Source: Candidatus Heimdallarchaeum endolithica
GTDB taxonomy: Archaea > Asgardarchaeota > Heimdallarchaeia > Heimdallarchaeales > Heimdallarchaeaceae
Direction of reading: 5' to 3'
Length of the DNA: 64,000 nucleotides
NCBI GenBank assembly: GCA_021513715.1
Contig: CP084167.1
Span: forward strand, 1,376,001-1,440,000
Below, in pieces: positions 38,659 to 48,031 of this stretch (its first letter is position 1; each line of letters starts with the position of its first letter). The translations under genes were made by a program, and so were the position numbers. The notes under the pieces are model-generated. The model did no database searches and was not told where the DNA came from. It worked only from the letters and a program-made list of their open reading frames with translations.

Positions 38659-39126
38659 TTATTTGATAAATTGTATTTCTTCTTCGATATAGTCAAATTC
38701 CTCAAATTTAAACTTCATTTTTTCTTGTTCTTCATGGTTTATATCTTCAGAATAAATTAGCCATTCATTAAAAGCTTTGCACAATATTGGATTGACTGGA
38801 TTATTAACATTACATTCGTGAATACGTTCACATGTAAAGCATCTACATACCATTGTATCCCATCCTGTCTCTTCCTTACGAGGAATTGTGAGCATATAAT
38901 CTTTAACATTTCCTATTTCAACTGGAATTTTTAGGATTTTATTGTTATAAAGTAGTTCGTCAATTTTTAATTTGATTGTTAAATGATTACCCAGTAAATC
39001 AAGTACTTCACTATGTAGTAACTTTTTCTCTTTGGTCAGTTCAATAAGTTCAATAATTTCTTCACCCAAAGCATTACTATAACTTTGCTCCACTTTAATT
39101 CTTTGTTTAGGAATCATAATTCTCAC
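38659..39126 (-). CDS. TFE-beta/RPC34-like protein with [4Fe-4S]-type Cys cluster
   Basis: CFTCERIHECNVNNPVNPILCKAFNEWL matches the RPC34/TFE-beta C-terminal CxxC-x5-C...P..C...WL pattern; next to srp19-gar1. Confidence 0.6.
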   Translation of the reverse strand: MRIMIPKQRIKVEQSYSNALGEEIIELIELTKEKKLLHSEVLDLLGNHLTIKLKIDELLYNNKILKIPVEIGNVKDYMLTIPRKEETGWDTMVCRCFTCERIHECNVNNPVNPILCKAFNEWLIYSEDINHEEQEKMKFKFEEFDYIEEEIQFIK

Positions 39127-39377
39127 TCACAACGTTTTATTTTACATTTTAAGGACTATACGGTCACATAACTACGTTATCTCTTCAAAACTTACTATGT
39201 AATTTAGTATATTTAAATCTTCATACTGTTTCAAAACACGTATGTGCCAATTATACACACTATAGGACTAGACTGTTTAAAAAACTATTTAGACACATTA
39301 ATAATAAAAACAGTCTACTCAAATTTATTACTTGAAGCAAAATTTATCACTTACTAATTTAACTACAAAAAAAGAAA

Positions 39378-39971
39378 GTGACCAATATGTCTCACGATTC
39401 AGATTACTTTTACGATAAAGCAAAAAAACAAGGTTACCGCTCTCGAGCATCTTACAAACTTTTACAAATACATGAAAAATTTCATATTTTTAAAAAAAAT
39501 CAGGAAGTTGTTGATCTTGGTGCTTCTCCTGGTGGATGGACACAAGTTGCATCTGAAAAAGTAGGTAATAATGGTCTAGTTATTGCAATAGATAAAGCAT
39601 ATATTCCTCCTTTAAATCTAAAAAATGTTGATATCTTACAAATGGACATAATGAATGAAACAATTAGCGAATATCTGAAAGAGAGATATGGTTTAATAGA
39701 TGTATTATTAAGTGATTGCGCCCCTAATGTAAGTGGAAAATGGTCACTTGACCACTCAATTCAAATCATGCTTGCAGAAAGAGCAATAAAGATAGCTGAA
39801 GACATTTTAAAAGATGAAGGGTGGATTGTAGTAAAAGTTTTTCAAGGAGAACAGTTTGCCAATTTCGTATCTTATGCTAAAAAGGTCTTCACTACAGTAA
39901 AATTATTTAAACCACAAGCTTCAAGAAAGAGAAGTGCAGAAATTTATCTAATTGCGAATAATAAAAGCTAA
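39378..39971 (+). CDS. rlmE: 23S rRNA 2'-O-methyltransferase RlmE/FtsJ
   Basis: GYRSRASYKL; DLGASPGGWTQV; SDCAPNVSG; KVFQG; KPQASRKRSAEIY. Confidence 0.96.
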   Translation: MTNMSHDSDYFYDKAKKQGYRSRASYKLLQIHEKFHIFKKNQEVVDLGASPGGWTQVASEKVGNNGLVIAIDKAYIPPLNLKNVDILQMDIMNETISEYLKERYGLIDVLLSDCAPNVSGKWSLDHSIQIMLAERAIKIAEDILKDEGWIVVKVFQGEQFANFVSYAKKVFTTVKLFKPQASRKRSAEIYLIANNKS

Positions 39972-39991
39972 AAACAAAGAGAGATTTCGAT

Positions 39992-41173
39992 ATGAACAAA
40001 CAAAGACTGGTTGAAATTAACGAAGGAAAAACATCTTTTACACTAGAAAGAGATTCTGAAACGATCTATGATTCCTCAGTATTTTACAACCCTAAAATGT
40101 CTATCAATAGAGATTTAGCTCTTTTGCATCTTTATACTATTGGAAATATTTCCAAAAAAAGATTAACTATACTTGACCCTTTTACAGGTTCTGGGATTAG
40201 AAGTTTTAGGATAATTAATGAACTTCCTAAAGAATATGTTAAAAAAGTAATAATTTCAGATATAAGTGAAAGAGCAATTGAAAACGTGAAATTAAATATC
40301 GAGAAATCATTCAATGATGAAAGAATTGTTGTTCATCGTGAAAATGCTTTTAATATTATCGCAAAACAGATTTTCGATAAGGAAAATATTGATGTTATAG
40401 ACCTTGACCCTTTTGGGACTCCTATTTCTTTTATCGAAGTAGCTGTAAGAGCTTTAGTAAAAAATAGTGGATATTTGTTCTTGACAGCAACAGACCATCA
40501 AGTTTTATGTGGTAAAGAAAGAGCTGCTTGTTTAAGAGAGTATAACAGCAATACATCAAACAATTATTTGTGCCATGAAATTGCTTTAAGAATCTTGTTA
40601 TATAATATTTTAGTAAGTTCAGGTCGTATAGGTGTAAACATTAAGCCGATATTATCGTTACAATTTGAACACTTCTTCAGAATTCATGTAAGAATTGAAA
40701 AAGGGAAAAAGAAAGCGAACGAACAACATAAGAAATTGGGCTTTGTATATGTTTGCGCACCATGTAGTTTTTTTGAAATAGAAAGAATAGAAGAGAGCAA
40801 AAATTTAGAAAAATGCCCAATATGTAATAAAAGATTAGAAAAAACAGGTCCTCTATGGTTGGGTCCTTTAGGAAATAAGGAGAAAATAGAACTTCTTCTC
40901 AACTTTTTAGATAAAATTGAATTTGATCACAACAATAAAAAGAAGATTCATTCGATGCTATCTATATTCAAAGAAGAGATTTGTCTTTCACCAATGTTCT
41001 ACAATTTACCTTATTTATTCAAAAAATATAAGAAAAATGGTGTTTCTCCCAAAGACATGATAGATAGGTTAGAAAAAAGGGGATATTTTTCTACTAGAAC
41101 AATCTTTGACCCTCAATCAATAAGAACAGATGCTCCATATTATGTTGTGCATAATGAAATAAAGAAATTATAA
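39992..41173 (+). CDS. trm1: tRNA (guanine-26) N2,N2-dimethyltransferase
   Basis: VFYNPKMSINRD; GSGIRSFR; IDLDPFGTP; TATD; GPLWLGPL; IRTDAP. Confidence 0.95.
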   Translation: MNKQRLVEINEGKTSFTLERDSETIYDSSVFYNPKMSINRDLALLHLYTIGNISKKRLTILDPFTGSGIRSFRIINELPKEYVKKVIISDISERAIENVKLNIEKSFNDERIVVHRENAFNIIAKQIFDKENIDVIDLDPFGTPISFIEVAVRALVKNSGYLFLTATDHQVLCGKERAACLREYNSNTSNNYLCHEIALRILLYNILVSSGRIGVNIKPILSLQFEHFFRIHVRIEKGKKKANEQHKKLGFVYVCAPCSFFEIERIEESKNLEKCPICNKRLEKTGPLWLGPLGNKEKIELLLNFLDKIEFDHNNKKKIHSMLSIFKEEICLSPMFYNLPYLFKKYKKNGVSPKDMIDRLEKRGYFSTRTIFDPQSIRTDAPYYVVHNEIKKL

Positions 41174-41175
41174 GG

Positions 41176-41853
41176 GTGATATTAATTCAAGAAATAATAA
41201 TAGGAATAGATGAAGCTGGAAGAGGACCGGTACTTGGACCTTTAGTCATTTGTGCATATGCAATTGAGAAAAAAGATTTACATCAATTGAAACTTTTAGG
41301 TGCGAAAGATTCAAAGATGTTATCAAAAAATAAAAGAACAGAACTATATCAGAAATTAATTGATATAGCTGTTAATTATAAAACGATCCACTTGTCTGCA
41401 TCAGAAATTGATGAAATGAGAAAAAAAGCAAGCTTAAATGATATTGAACAGAAAATTATGATAAAAGCTGTATTAGAATTAAAAGTAAATCCTTCAGAAA
41501 TATACATTGATGCAGCAGATGTTAAAGAAGAAAGATTTGGTCTTCTATTTCAGAGTTATTTTCCAAAAGCAAAAATAGTTTCAAGACATGGAGCAGACAA
41601 AACTTTTCCTGTTGTTTCTGCTGCATCCATCATAGCAAAAGTAGAACGAGATAGAGAAATAGAGAAAATAAAAGAAAAAACAGGAATTAATATTGGTTCT
41701 GGCTATCCTTCAGATCCTAAAACAAAGAAATTTTTAAATGAATATTATATAAAGCATAAAAAATTCCCCTATTTTGCTAGGGAATCATGGGATACATGCA
41801 AAAAAATAAAAGAAAAAGGTGTACAACAAGCTAAAATAAACGAATATTTCTAG
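41176..41853 (+). CDS. rnhB: Ribonuclease HII
   Basis: GIDEAGRGPVLGPLV; KDSK; AASIIAKVERD; GSGYPSDP. Confidence 0.97.
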   Translation: MILIQEIIIGIDEAGRGPVLGPLVICAYAIEKKDLHQLKLLGAKDSKMLSKNKRTELYQKLIDIAVNYKTIHLSASEIDEMRKKASLNDIEQKIMIKAVLELKVNPSEIYIDAADVKEERFGLLFQSYFPKAKIVSRHGADKTFPVVSAASIIAKVERDREIEKIKEKTGINIGSGYPSDPKTKKFLNEYYIKHKKFPYFARESWDTCKKIKEKGVQQAKINEYF

Positions 41854-41864
41854 AGATGTAATGA

Positions 41865-42500
41865 ATGAGCGATTCAGAAACAGATGAAACTTCTATTGAA
41901 GATTTTTGGAAAAGAAGTTCTTCAACCAGAGATCTAATAATTGTTTTTACTATAACTTATTTAGTTCTTACAATTCTGTCTCTTACTTGTTGTGTGGATA
42001 CAGGATATACAGGTATTGTTAAAGTGATTTCAATTAGTCGGATCGTCTTAGAATGGGTAGGACAATATAATTTATTAATTTTTAAAGGATACGTTTATGA
42101 GCTATTTAGTGCAATGTTTGTTCATGCAAATCTACTGCATTTGTTATCTAATCTTTTGTTTTTCTTAATTTATGGGTTAAGAGCAGACGAAAAATTATAT
42201 GCTAAACATTTTTACATCATATTTGTTGTTTCAGCATTATTAGGCAATTTGTTTACCTTAGTAGTTTATCCTGTAAATACTATTTCCTGTGGAGCTTCAG
42301 GAGGTATTTTTGGATTACTTGGAACAGACTTGATTTTAGCTTATGAAGAGGATAAAAGTAAATCAATTTGGACCTATCTTGCTTTTGGAATAATATTTTT
42401 ACTTATGTCTGTAGGAGTAAATGTGAATAGTTTAGCACATAGTATTGGTTTAGTTTCTGGTATCTTACTAACTTTTTTTGTTATTAAAAAGAGAAAATGA
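41865..42500 (+). CDS. Rhomboid intramembrane serine protease
   Basis: MFVHANLLHLLSN; GASGGIFG; AHSIG. Confidence 0.92.
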   Translation: MSDSETDETSIEDFWKRSSSTRDLIIVFTITYLVLTILSLTCCVDTGYTGIVKVISISRIVLEWVGQYNLLIFKGYVYELFSAMFVHANLLHLLSNLLFFLIYGLRADEKLYAKHFYIIFVVSALLGNLFTLVVYPVNTISCGASGGIFGLLGTDLILAYEEDKSKSIWTYLAFGIIFLLMSVGVNVNSLAHSIGLVSGILLTFFVIKKRK

Positions 42501-42604
42501 AAGAAAGTGAATTAATCTAAATAAATGAATTAAAATAGATTTAAATAGCCTAGTACAATCAGAAGATTTATTTGTTTTAATTTGATTAGAAATATAGATT
42601 CAAT

Positions 42605-43765
42605 ATGATTCCTTACCATTTACAAGTTTTGTTAACAAATGTTCAAGACATTGAAAAAGTTACAATCAAACAACTTATCGAATCAGATGTAAAAATAATA
42701 AAAGGAATAGGTAACAAGTATGCTAAGGTTTTACACAGGAAAGGAATCAAAAAAGTAAAAGATTTAGCAGAATCTGAATCTCAAGAAATAAATTTACCAG
42801 AAAAATTAGTAACAAAATGGATAGTTGCAGCAAGAATTATTACAAATTCGCAAAAAGTTCGCAGAACAGGAAAAATCATTTTCTCTGGCTTGTCTCAAGC
42901 TGGAAAAACGAGCATTGTTTATGTTTTAAAGTCAATTGTTGAACCTCCTACTGTAACAACAGGTGTAAAACAAGACTTTATCAAATTTGCAGGACATAAT
43001 ATTCAAATTTCTGATATGGGGGGCCAAAAAAGATTTCAAGAGATTTATTTAGCTGCCCCAGATTTGTATTTTGAAAGAACAAAATTAGTTTTCTATGTAA
43101 TTGACATTCAAAATAAAGAAAAAACAGATGATTCGCTTGAATATCTCCAGAGATTACTGGCAATCTATCGTTATCTGCAAGAAAAGCCGTTTATTTCTAT
43201 TTTTTTACATAAATTTGATCCTGATTTATCCTATGACTTGAAATATGATATCCCACCTATTAAGGAGAAAATCGAAAATATTTTTTCTCACTATGTTGAA
43301 TTTCAACACAATTTTTTTTACACTTCAATATACAACCCCCCTAGCATATATGTAGGGATTGCTTCAACGCTATCAGAGATATTTCCAGTCATGAGTATTT
43401 TAGACGTTTTGCTTAAGGATTTTGCAGAACTACACGGTTTTGATGGATTGCTAATAATGGATAGTACAGGAATGCTAATTGGTCAATTCATTCGAGGAGA
43501 ACAAGACTCATTAGTTGAAGAAACCTATTCTGTTTTCAAAGAAGCAAAAAATGCAGAAAAAAACCCTTTTAACAATATTGTTTTACGAAAAAATATTGCT
43601 GACCCTCCAGGAGGAGAGATAGTTGTCCAACAAATTTTTTTACCTCATAATGATGGCTACATTTTTTATTGGAGAAAGGAAAATACAGAAATTGATTTAT
43701 TAGAGTATATGTTGAGCGAAATAACAAAAACTCTTAATCCATGGCTATATAATCTATTGTCGTGA
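42605..43765 (+). CDS. Rag/Gtr-like small GTPase with N-terminal HhH and C-terminal roadblock-like domain
   Basis: IKGIGNKYA (HhH); GLSQAGKTS; DMGGQ; YVIDIQ; HKFD; TSIY; C-terminal GLLIMDSTGMLI. Confidence 0.8.
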   Translation: MIPYHLQVLLTNVQDIEKVTIKQLIESDVKIIKGIGNKYAKVLHRKGIKKVKDLAESESQEINLPEKLVTKWIVAARIITNSQKVRRTGKIIFSGLSQAGKTSIVYVLKSIVEPPTVTTGVKQDFIKFAGHNIQISDMGGQKRFQEIYLAAPDLYFERTKLVFYVIDIQNKEKTDDSLEYLQRLLAIYRYLQEKPFISIFLHKFDPDLSYDLKYDIPPIKEKIENIFSHYVEFQHNFFYTSIYNPPSIYVGIASTLSEIFPVMSILDVLLKDFAELHGFDGLLIMDSTGMLIGQFIRGEQDSLVEETYSVFKEAKNAEKNPFNNIVLRKNIADPPGGEIVVQQIFLPHNDGYIFYWRKENTEIDLLEYMLSEITKTLNPWLYNLLS

Positions 43766-43837
43766 AGTAATTTACAAGAAATAGTCTTTAATAAAGAAAT
43801 ACTTTTTAATCTATCTAATTCTTTCTGGTTAATTTAA

Positions 43838-44356
43838 ATGAAAGATAACGAATACGAACAAGAAAATAGTGGAACCAAAGTTGCAAGAATTTACTTAAAT
43901 GGAAAAGTAGAAGTATTAAGAAACATTCATTTCTCTTGCAGCTCCTGTGGATTATGTTGTAGACTTAATCGTATTCCTGTAAGAGAAGAAGATATTTTAC
44001 GTTTTCAAGAACATGGTTTTGAACTAGATCAGCTATTAAATGATTTGAGCCCTGTTCTAATTCCAAGTAAAAATGTTGATGGCAATTTTATAAAAGCATA
44101 TATTTTAAGGAAAAAACCATTTGTAAATGAATGTATTTTTTTGGATGACAACAATCACTGCAGAGTTCATGAATTTAAGCCATTAGCATGTAGACTATAT
44201 CCTTTTGCTTTAAGAAGAGAAAATGATGAAACAGTAATTATGCAAATTCATTCAAAATCTGTTTGTCCTTCAGTAAAACTAGATGTATCTGAAGAAGAAT
44301 CAAATACTTTAGAATTGGCAAAACAGATGTACAAGTTATTTGATTTGGAGGAATAA
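43838..44356 (+). CDS. YkgJ-family cysteine-cluster protein
   Basis: CSSCGLCC; CIFLD...CRVHEFKPLACRLYPF. Confidence 0.9.
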   Translation: MKDNEYEQENSGTKVARIYLNGKVEVLRNIHFSCSSCGLCCRLNRIPVREEDILRFQEHGFELDQLLNDLSPVLIPSKNVDGNFIKAYILRKKPFVNECIFLDDNNHCRVHEFKPLACRLYPFALRRENDETVIMQIHSKSVCPSVKLDVSEEESNTLELAKQMYKLFDLEE

Positions 44357-47300
44357 AAGTATTCAGTACATCTTTCTATTATTTGTCATAGAAAAATCTA
44401 AAAGCAATAAATGCTCAATTATAGTTATGCAAAGAACTGGGTTTGTTTTTTTTATTTTCTTAATGCTATCTAGTCCTTTTATTTATCCTACACTAGCAAA
44501 ACAAGAAAATAAAATAGACTTTAAGTCTAATAACAATATTAATCAAGTGATTTCTTCAACTCAAAATAACAAAAAAATCGTTTATGCTAATGATCTAAGT
44601 CGAAGTTGGGACACTCCACTTTCTGATAAAGAGTTAAAAAAACAATTTTTAGAAGCAGAAGGCAGAGCGATCATTTCTTTTTTCAGTTTTGCAGAACAGA
44701 AAAAAGCTATTGATTTACTTGAAGGTCAAGGTATAAATGTAATTCTTAAGTATAATTCTTTTCCAGGACTAAAAATTGAATATAACTGGAAAAAGATTAC
44801 AGATATTAGTTTAGATAATTTAAGAGTAAAATATGTTTCTCAAATTGGAAAAGAAACCTTTTACTCTCTTACATTAGATCAAAATATAAATACAACTTTA
44901 ACTGGTTTAATCGATCTTTCTGAATTAAGACAAACATTAGAGATAGATTTTCTCCACAATCAAAAAGACGACGAAGGAAATTATCTCTTTGGAAAAAATA
45001 TTACGATAGCAGTAATGGATAGCGGAATAGAGTCCTCTCTGAAAGGTCTAACCAAAAAATGCAAATACTTAGGAAATGGAACTATTCAACCAACTAATGA
45101 AGATAAGATTGTTTACGATTTTAATGCTGTCCCTGGTGAAGATAAGAATGATCTAAGCGGTCATGGTACCCATATAACTACTATTCTTGCAGGAAATGGA
45201 TTTTTCACAGTTGATGGAAAAGTGCAATATGAAGAAGAATATGGGATAGTTCCTGAAGCTTCATTAATGAATATTAAAGTATTAAATGCAAGCGGTTATG
45301 GTAAAGATGAGTGGTTGGTTGATGGTTTTGATAAAGCTATTGCAAATGAGTTAAACATTGTTCCTGATATAATTACTGCAAGTTTAACATCTATTACTTT
45401 TTTAAGTGAACATGACCCGCTTAATGAAATTGTTCAAGAAGCATCCAAAAAAGGAATCATGATTGTAACTTCTGCAGGCAATTATGGTCCAACAAGTTCA
45501 TCTATTGGCTCTCCTGCAGTGTGGGAAAATGTTTTGTCAATAGGGAGTACTTCAACTATGAAAGATATCTCACTATTTAGTTCAAGTGGACCTACCCCAT
45601 ATTCAACAGCTGGAGTAGACCTAGTGGCACCAGGAAGACTAGTTTTAGGATTAAATAGTAGCACAGGAGAAAAAAGATATACATCTGGAACATCAATTTC
45701 TACACCAATAGTTTCTGGGATACTAGCTCTCTTAAAGCAAGCTTTTCCGGAATATAATTCTTCACAGTTAGAATCTTCAATATTAAATACAGCAGATGAT
45801 CTAAATAAACCAATAGTTTTTCAAGGAAATGGTCTAGTAGATGCTAAAGAAGCTTATTTCTGGTTAGAAAAAAACACAGGAATTACTTTTTCTATCTTAC
45901 CCAAACGTATCTCTCCTGAAAATTTATTCTTTTATTCGTGTGTTGAGGGAACGCAATCATCTTTCAAAGTGAAAGCAATAGCAAGTGATGAACAACATCT
46001 ATGGACTAATATAACTGGTGACGATGAAATAATTGAAATTGGAGATGAAATTATTCTTTCAGGAGGGTGGAACATTTTTTCTTTTAACATTACCATACCT
46101 TATGACAAACCTATCAGAAATTATCAAGCAATAATAAGTTTTACAAATTCTGAAAACTATACTGAAAGAATAACAATTAATCTGCAATCAAGATATTATA
46201 GAGGATCAATACTCTTTGATATTAGCCATGATAGTGATATAACAAACAATTCATGGTTCGGTGGATCGTCTCCTTATGGAGCTCATCTATATATGACAAG
46301 AATGTTAAAAGATAGAGGATTTAAGATAAACAGTTTCTCTAAAGGAAACTTTTCTGATGAATTGAGTAAGAATGATATTTTGGTTATTTCAGACCCAGAA
46401 AAAGGCTTTACTCAAGATGAAAGAGAACAGATTTATACTTTCATTAAAAACGGAGGCTCGTTTTTACTTTTAGTAGATAGTTACAGAATACAAGTAGAAT
46501 CTGCTAAAGATGACCCAATTTATCCAAGCAATTATACAGCTATAGATAATTTAGTAGGATTCTTTGGAGTTAATATAGATCCTGATTTACATTCAATGCA
46601 AATTCCTTTTGCAACAGTTTTTTCTAGTGTACATTCAGACATTACAGACGTAGAAGAAGCATTCTTTTTAGGTTCATGTTTACAGTTTGACAATGATACT
46701 AATCCAGAAGTTAACCTTTCTCCTTTATCTGCGATTAATATTGGTACAGAAAAATCTCCTTTCTGGAAATTTACTGGAGTAGTAGGAGAATATGGTAAAG
46801 GAAAAATAATTGTTTTCGGTTCAGGATATACCTTCTCAAACTTTGGATTAATGGATGATGAATTCGATGCAGACTATAGAAATAGAGGATCAATTGGATT
46901 AGGAAGTATTAGTTATAATCATTTGTTCAGTAAAGAGATGGATAAAAACAATAGAGAGCTCATAAATGATACTTTTAGCTGGTTATCTACTTTTAACAGA
47001 CCAAAAATAGATTTTAGTGTAGACAGAGAAAAAATTCTAATAAGAGAAGAGTTTACAGTTACAGTCTCAGTAACAATGACAAATGATTTTCAAAATGGAA
47101 ACCCCTATGCAGTTCAGTATCTTAATGGTACAATACTTTTCAGCGACCATACAATTAGATATGTCGTTCTTTCAGCCATAAGAGCTGGAGTTTATGAAGT
47201 TACCACCTCTGTCTCACATTACGGTGAATTTATATTATTTATTCCTTTGAAGTTAGATGGTCACAATCCCACAGATGGAAGAATTGATCTGTTCTGCAAT

Positions 47301-47417
47301 GTAGAACTATGGGATCAACAACAAGAAATTGCCAACATAGCAAATCTTGTTCTGGCTTTAGTTCTTATAGTTTTACTTGGATTACCTTTTGTTAATTATC
47401 GCTTCAAACACAAATAA
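44340..47417 (+). CDS. Membrane-anchored S8 subtilisin, second Site-1-protease-like paralog (start likely at MQRTGF, ~44427)
   Basis: MDSGI / HGTHITT / GTSISTP; SAGNYGP; ILFDISHD; ILVISDPEKGFTQDERE..IKNGGS; C-terminal TM. Confidence 0.85.
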   Translation: MIWRNKSIQYIFLLFVIEKSKSNKCSIIVMQRTGFVFFIFLMLSSPFIYPTLAKQENKIDFKSNNNINQVISSTQNNKKIVYANDLSRSWDTPLSDKELKKQFLEAEGRAIISFFSFAEQKKAIDLLEGQGINVILKYNSFPGLKIEYNWKKITDISLDNLRVKYVSQIGKETFYSLTLDQNINTTLTGLIDLSELRQTLEIDFLHNQKDDEGNYLFGKNITIAVMDSGIESSLKGLTKKCKYLGNGTIQPTNEDKIVYDFNAVPGEDKNDLSGHGTHITTILAGNGFFTVDGKVQYEEEYGIVPEASLMNIKVLNASGYGKDEWLVDGFDKAIANELNIVPDIITASLTSITFLSEHDPLNEIVQEASKKGIMIVTSAGNYGPTSSSIGSPAVWENVLSIGSTSTMKDISLFSSSGPTPYSTAGVDLVAPGRLVLGLNSSTGEKRYTSGTSISTPIVSGILALLKQAFPEYNSSQLESSILNTADDLNKPIVFQGNGLVDAKEAYFWLEKNTGITFSILPKRISPENLFFYSCVEGTQSSFKVKAIASDEQHLWTNITGDDEIIEIGDEIILSGGWNIFSFNITIPYDKPIRNYQAIISFTNSENYTERITINLQSRYYRGSILFDISHDSDITNNSWFGGSSPYGAHLYMTRMLKDRGFKINSFSKGNFSDELSKNDILVISDPEKGFTQDEREQIYTFIKNGGSFLLLVDSYRIQVESAKDDPIYPSNYTAIDNLVGFFGVNIDPDLHSMQIPFATVFSSVHSDITDVEEAFFLGSCLQFDNDTNPEVNLSPLSAINIGTEKSPFWKFTGVVGEYGKGKIIVFGSGYTFSNFGLMDDEFDADYRNRGSIGLGSISYNHLFSKEMDKNNRELINDTFSWLSTFNRPKIDFSVDREKILIREEFTVTVSVTMTNDFQNGNPYAVQYLNGTILFSDHTIRYVVLSAIRAGVYEVTTSVSHYGEFILFIPLKLDGHNPTDGRIDLFCNVELWDQQQEIANIANLVLALVLIVLLGLPFVNYRFKHK

Positions 47418-47563
47418 TTTTTTTTATTTTTCATTTTTTGTTTCATTCTCATCACCAGATACCATATACTAAAAAAACGTGAAATAAAACTAAAACCAAT
47501 AGAGTTGCTTCTTAAACAGTGAGAAAATTAAGTTTCTGTGTTTTTTGAGGCGCGTACTCACAA

Positions 47564-47602
47564 CAGAAAGTTTATATAGGTGTGTGAGAATTTGTCACAC
47601 AC
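47564..47602 (+). promoter_or_regulatory. BRE/TATA promoter followed by an 8-7-8 inverted-repeat operator
   Basis: CAGAAAG-TTTATATA (TATA 47571-47578), then GTGTGTGA-N7-TCACACAC (47580-47602); RBS AGGTGG; ATG at 47616. Confidence 0.7.
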
Positions 47603-47615
47603 AAAGGTGGTTAAG

Positions 47616-47879
47616 ATGAAGCGAGAAAGATTACCAAAAGGGTCTCGTGAAGTAATTCAATTACTTGAGAAAGAGGGAGCACTAACTCAAAAAGCAATTA
47701 TTAATAAATTGAAAGATATGAAACCACGTTCTGTAAGATATACAGTTAGGCAATTAATTGATAGATCAATTCTATCAGAAATAGCTAACTTTTCAGATAT
47801 GAGATCAAGCCTTATTGGTTTGAACAAACAAAATGAAGAAATTATTAAACAGTTATCAAAAGTTTCAATTACAACTTAA
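47616..47879 (+). CDS. Small winged-helix (MarR-like) transcriptional regulator
   Basis: LPKGSREVIQLLEKEGALTQKAI...PRSVRYTVRQL...DMRS; start reassigned to ATG 47616 from RBS and promoter position. Confidence 0.8.
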   Translation: MKRERLPKGSREVIQLLEKEGALTQKAIINKLKDMKPRSVRYTVRQLIDRSILSEIANFSDMRSSLIGLNKQNEEIIKQLSKVSITT

Positions 47880-48031
47880 GAAATGGTAAACCAGAATCAT
47901 TCTGTTAATACCATTGCTATTTTTTATAAATTCAGTTAATTTTTCTATTCAGACTAAAGAAAAATAAAGTATATTTTTTAGTTTCTTTTCGCTTAAAGAA
48001 ATACTTTTTTATGTATTATAATTAATTATCT

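Noticed and set aside
39269-39317. 10-bp inverted repeat TAGACTGTTT/AAACAGTCTA in a divergent promoter region
   Set aside because: 29-nt AT-rich spacer, single occurrence; could be chance.
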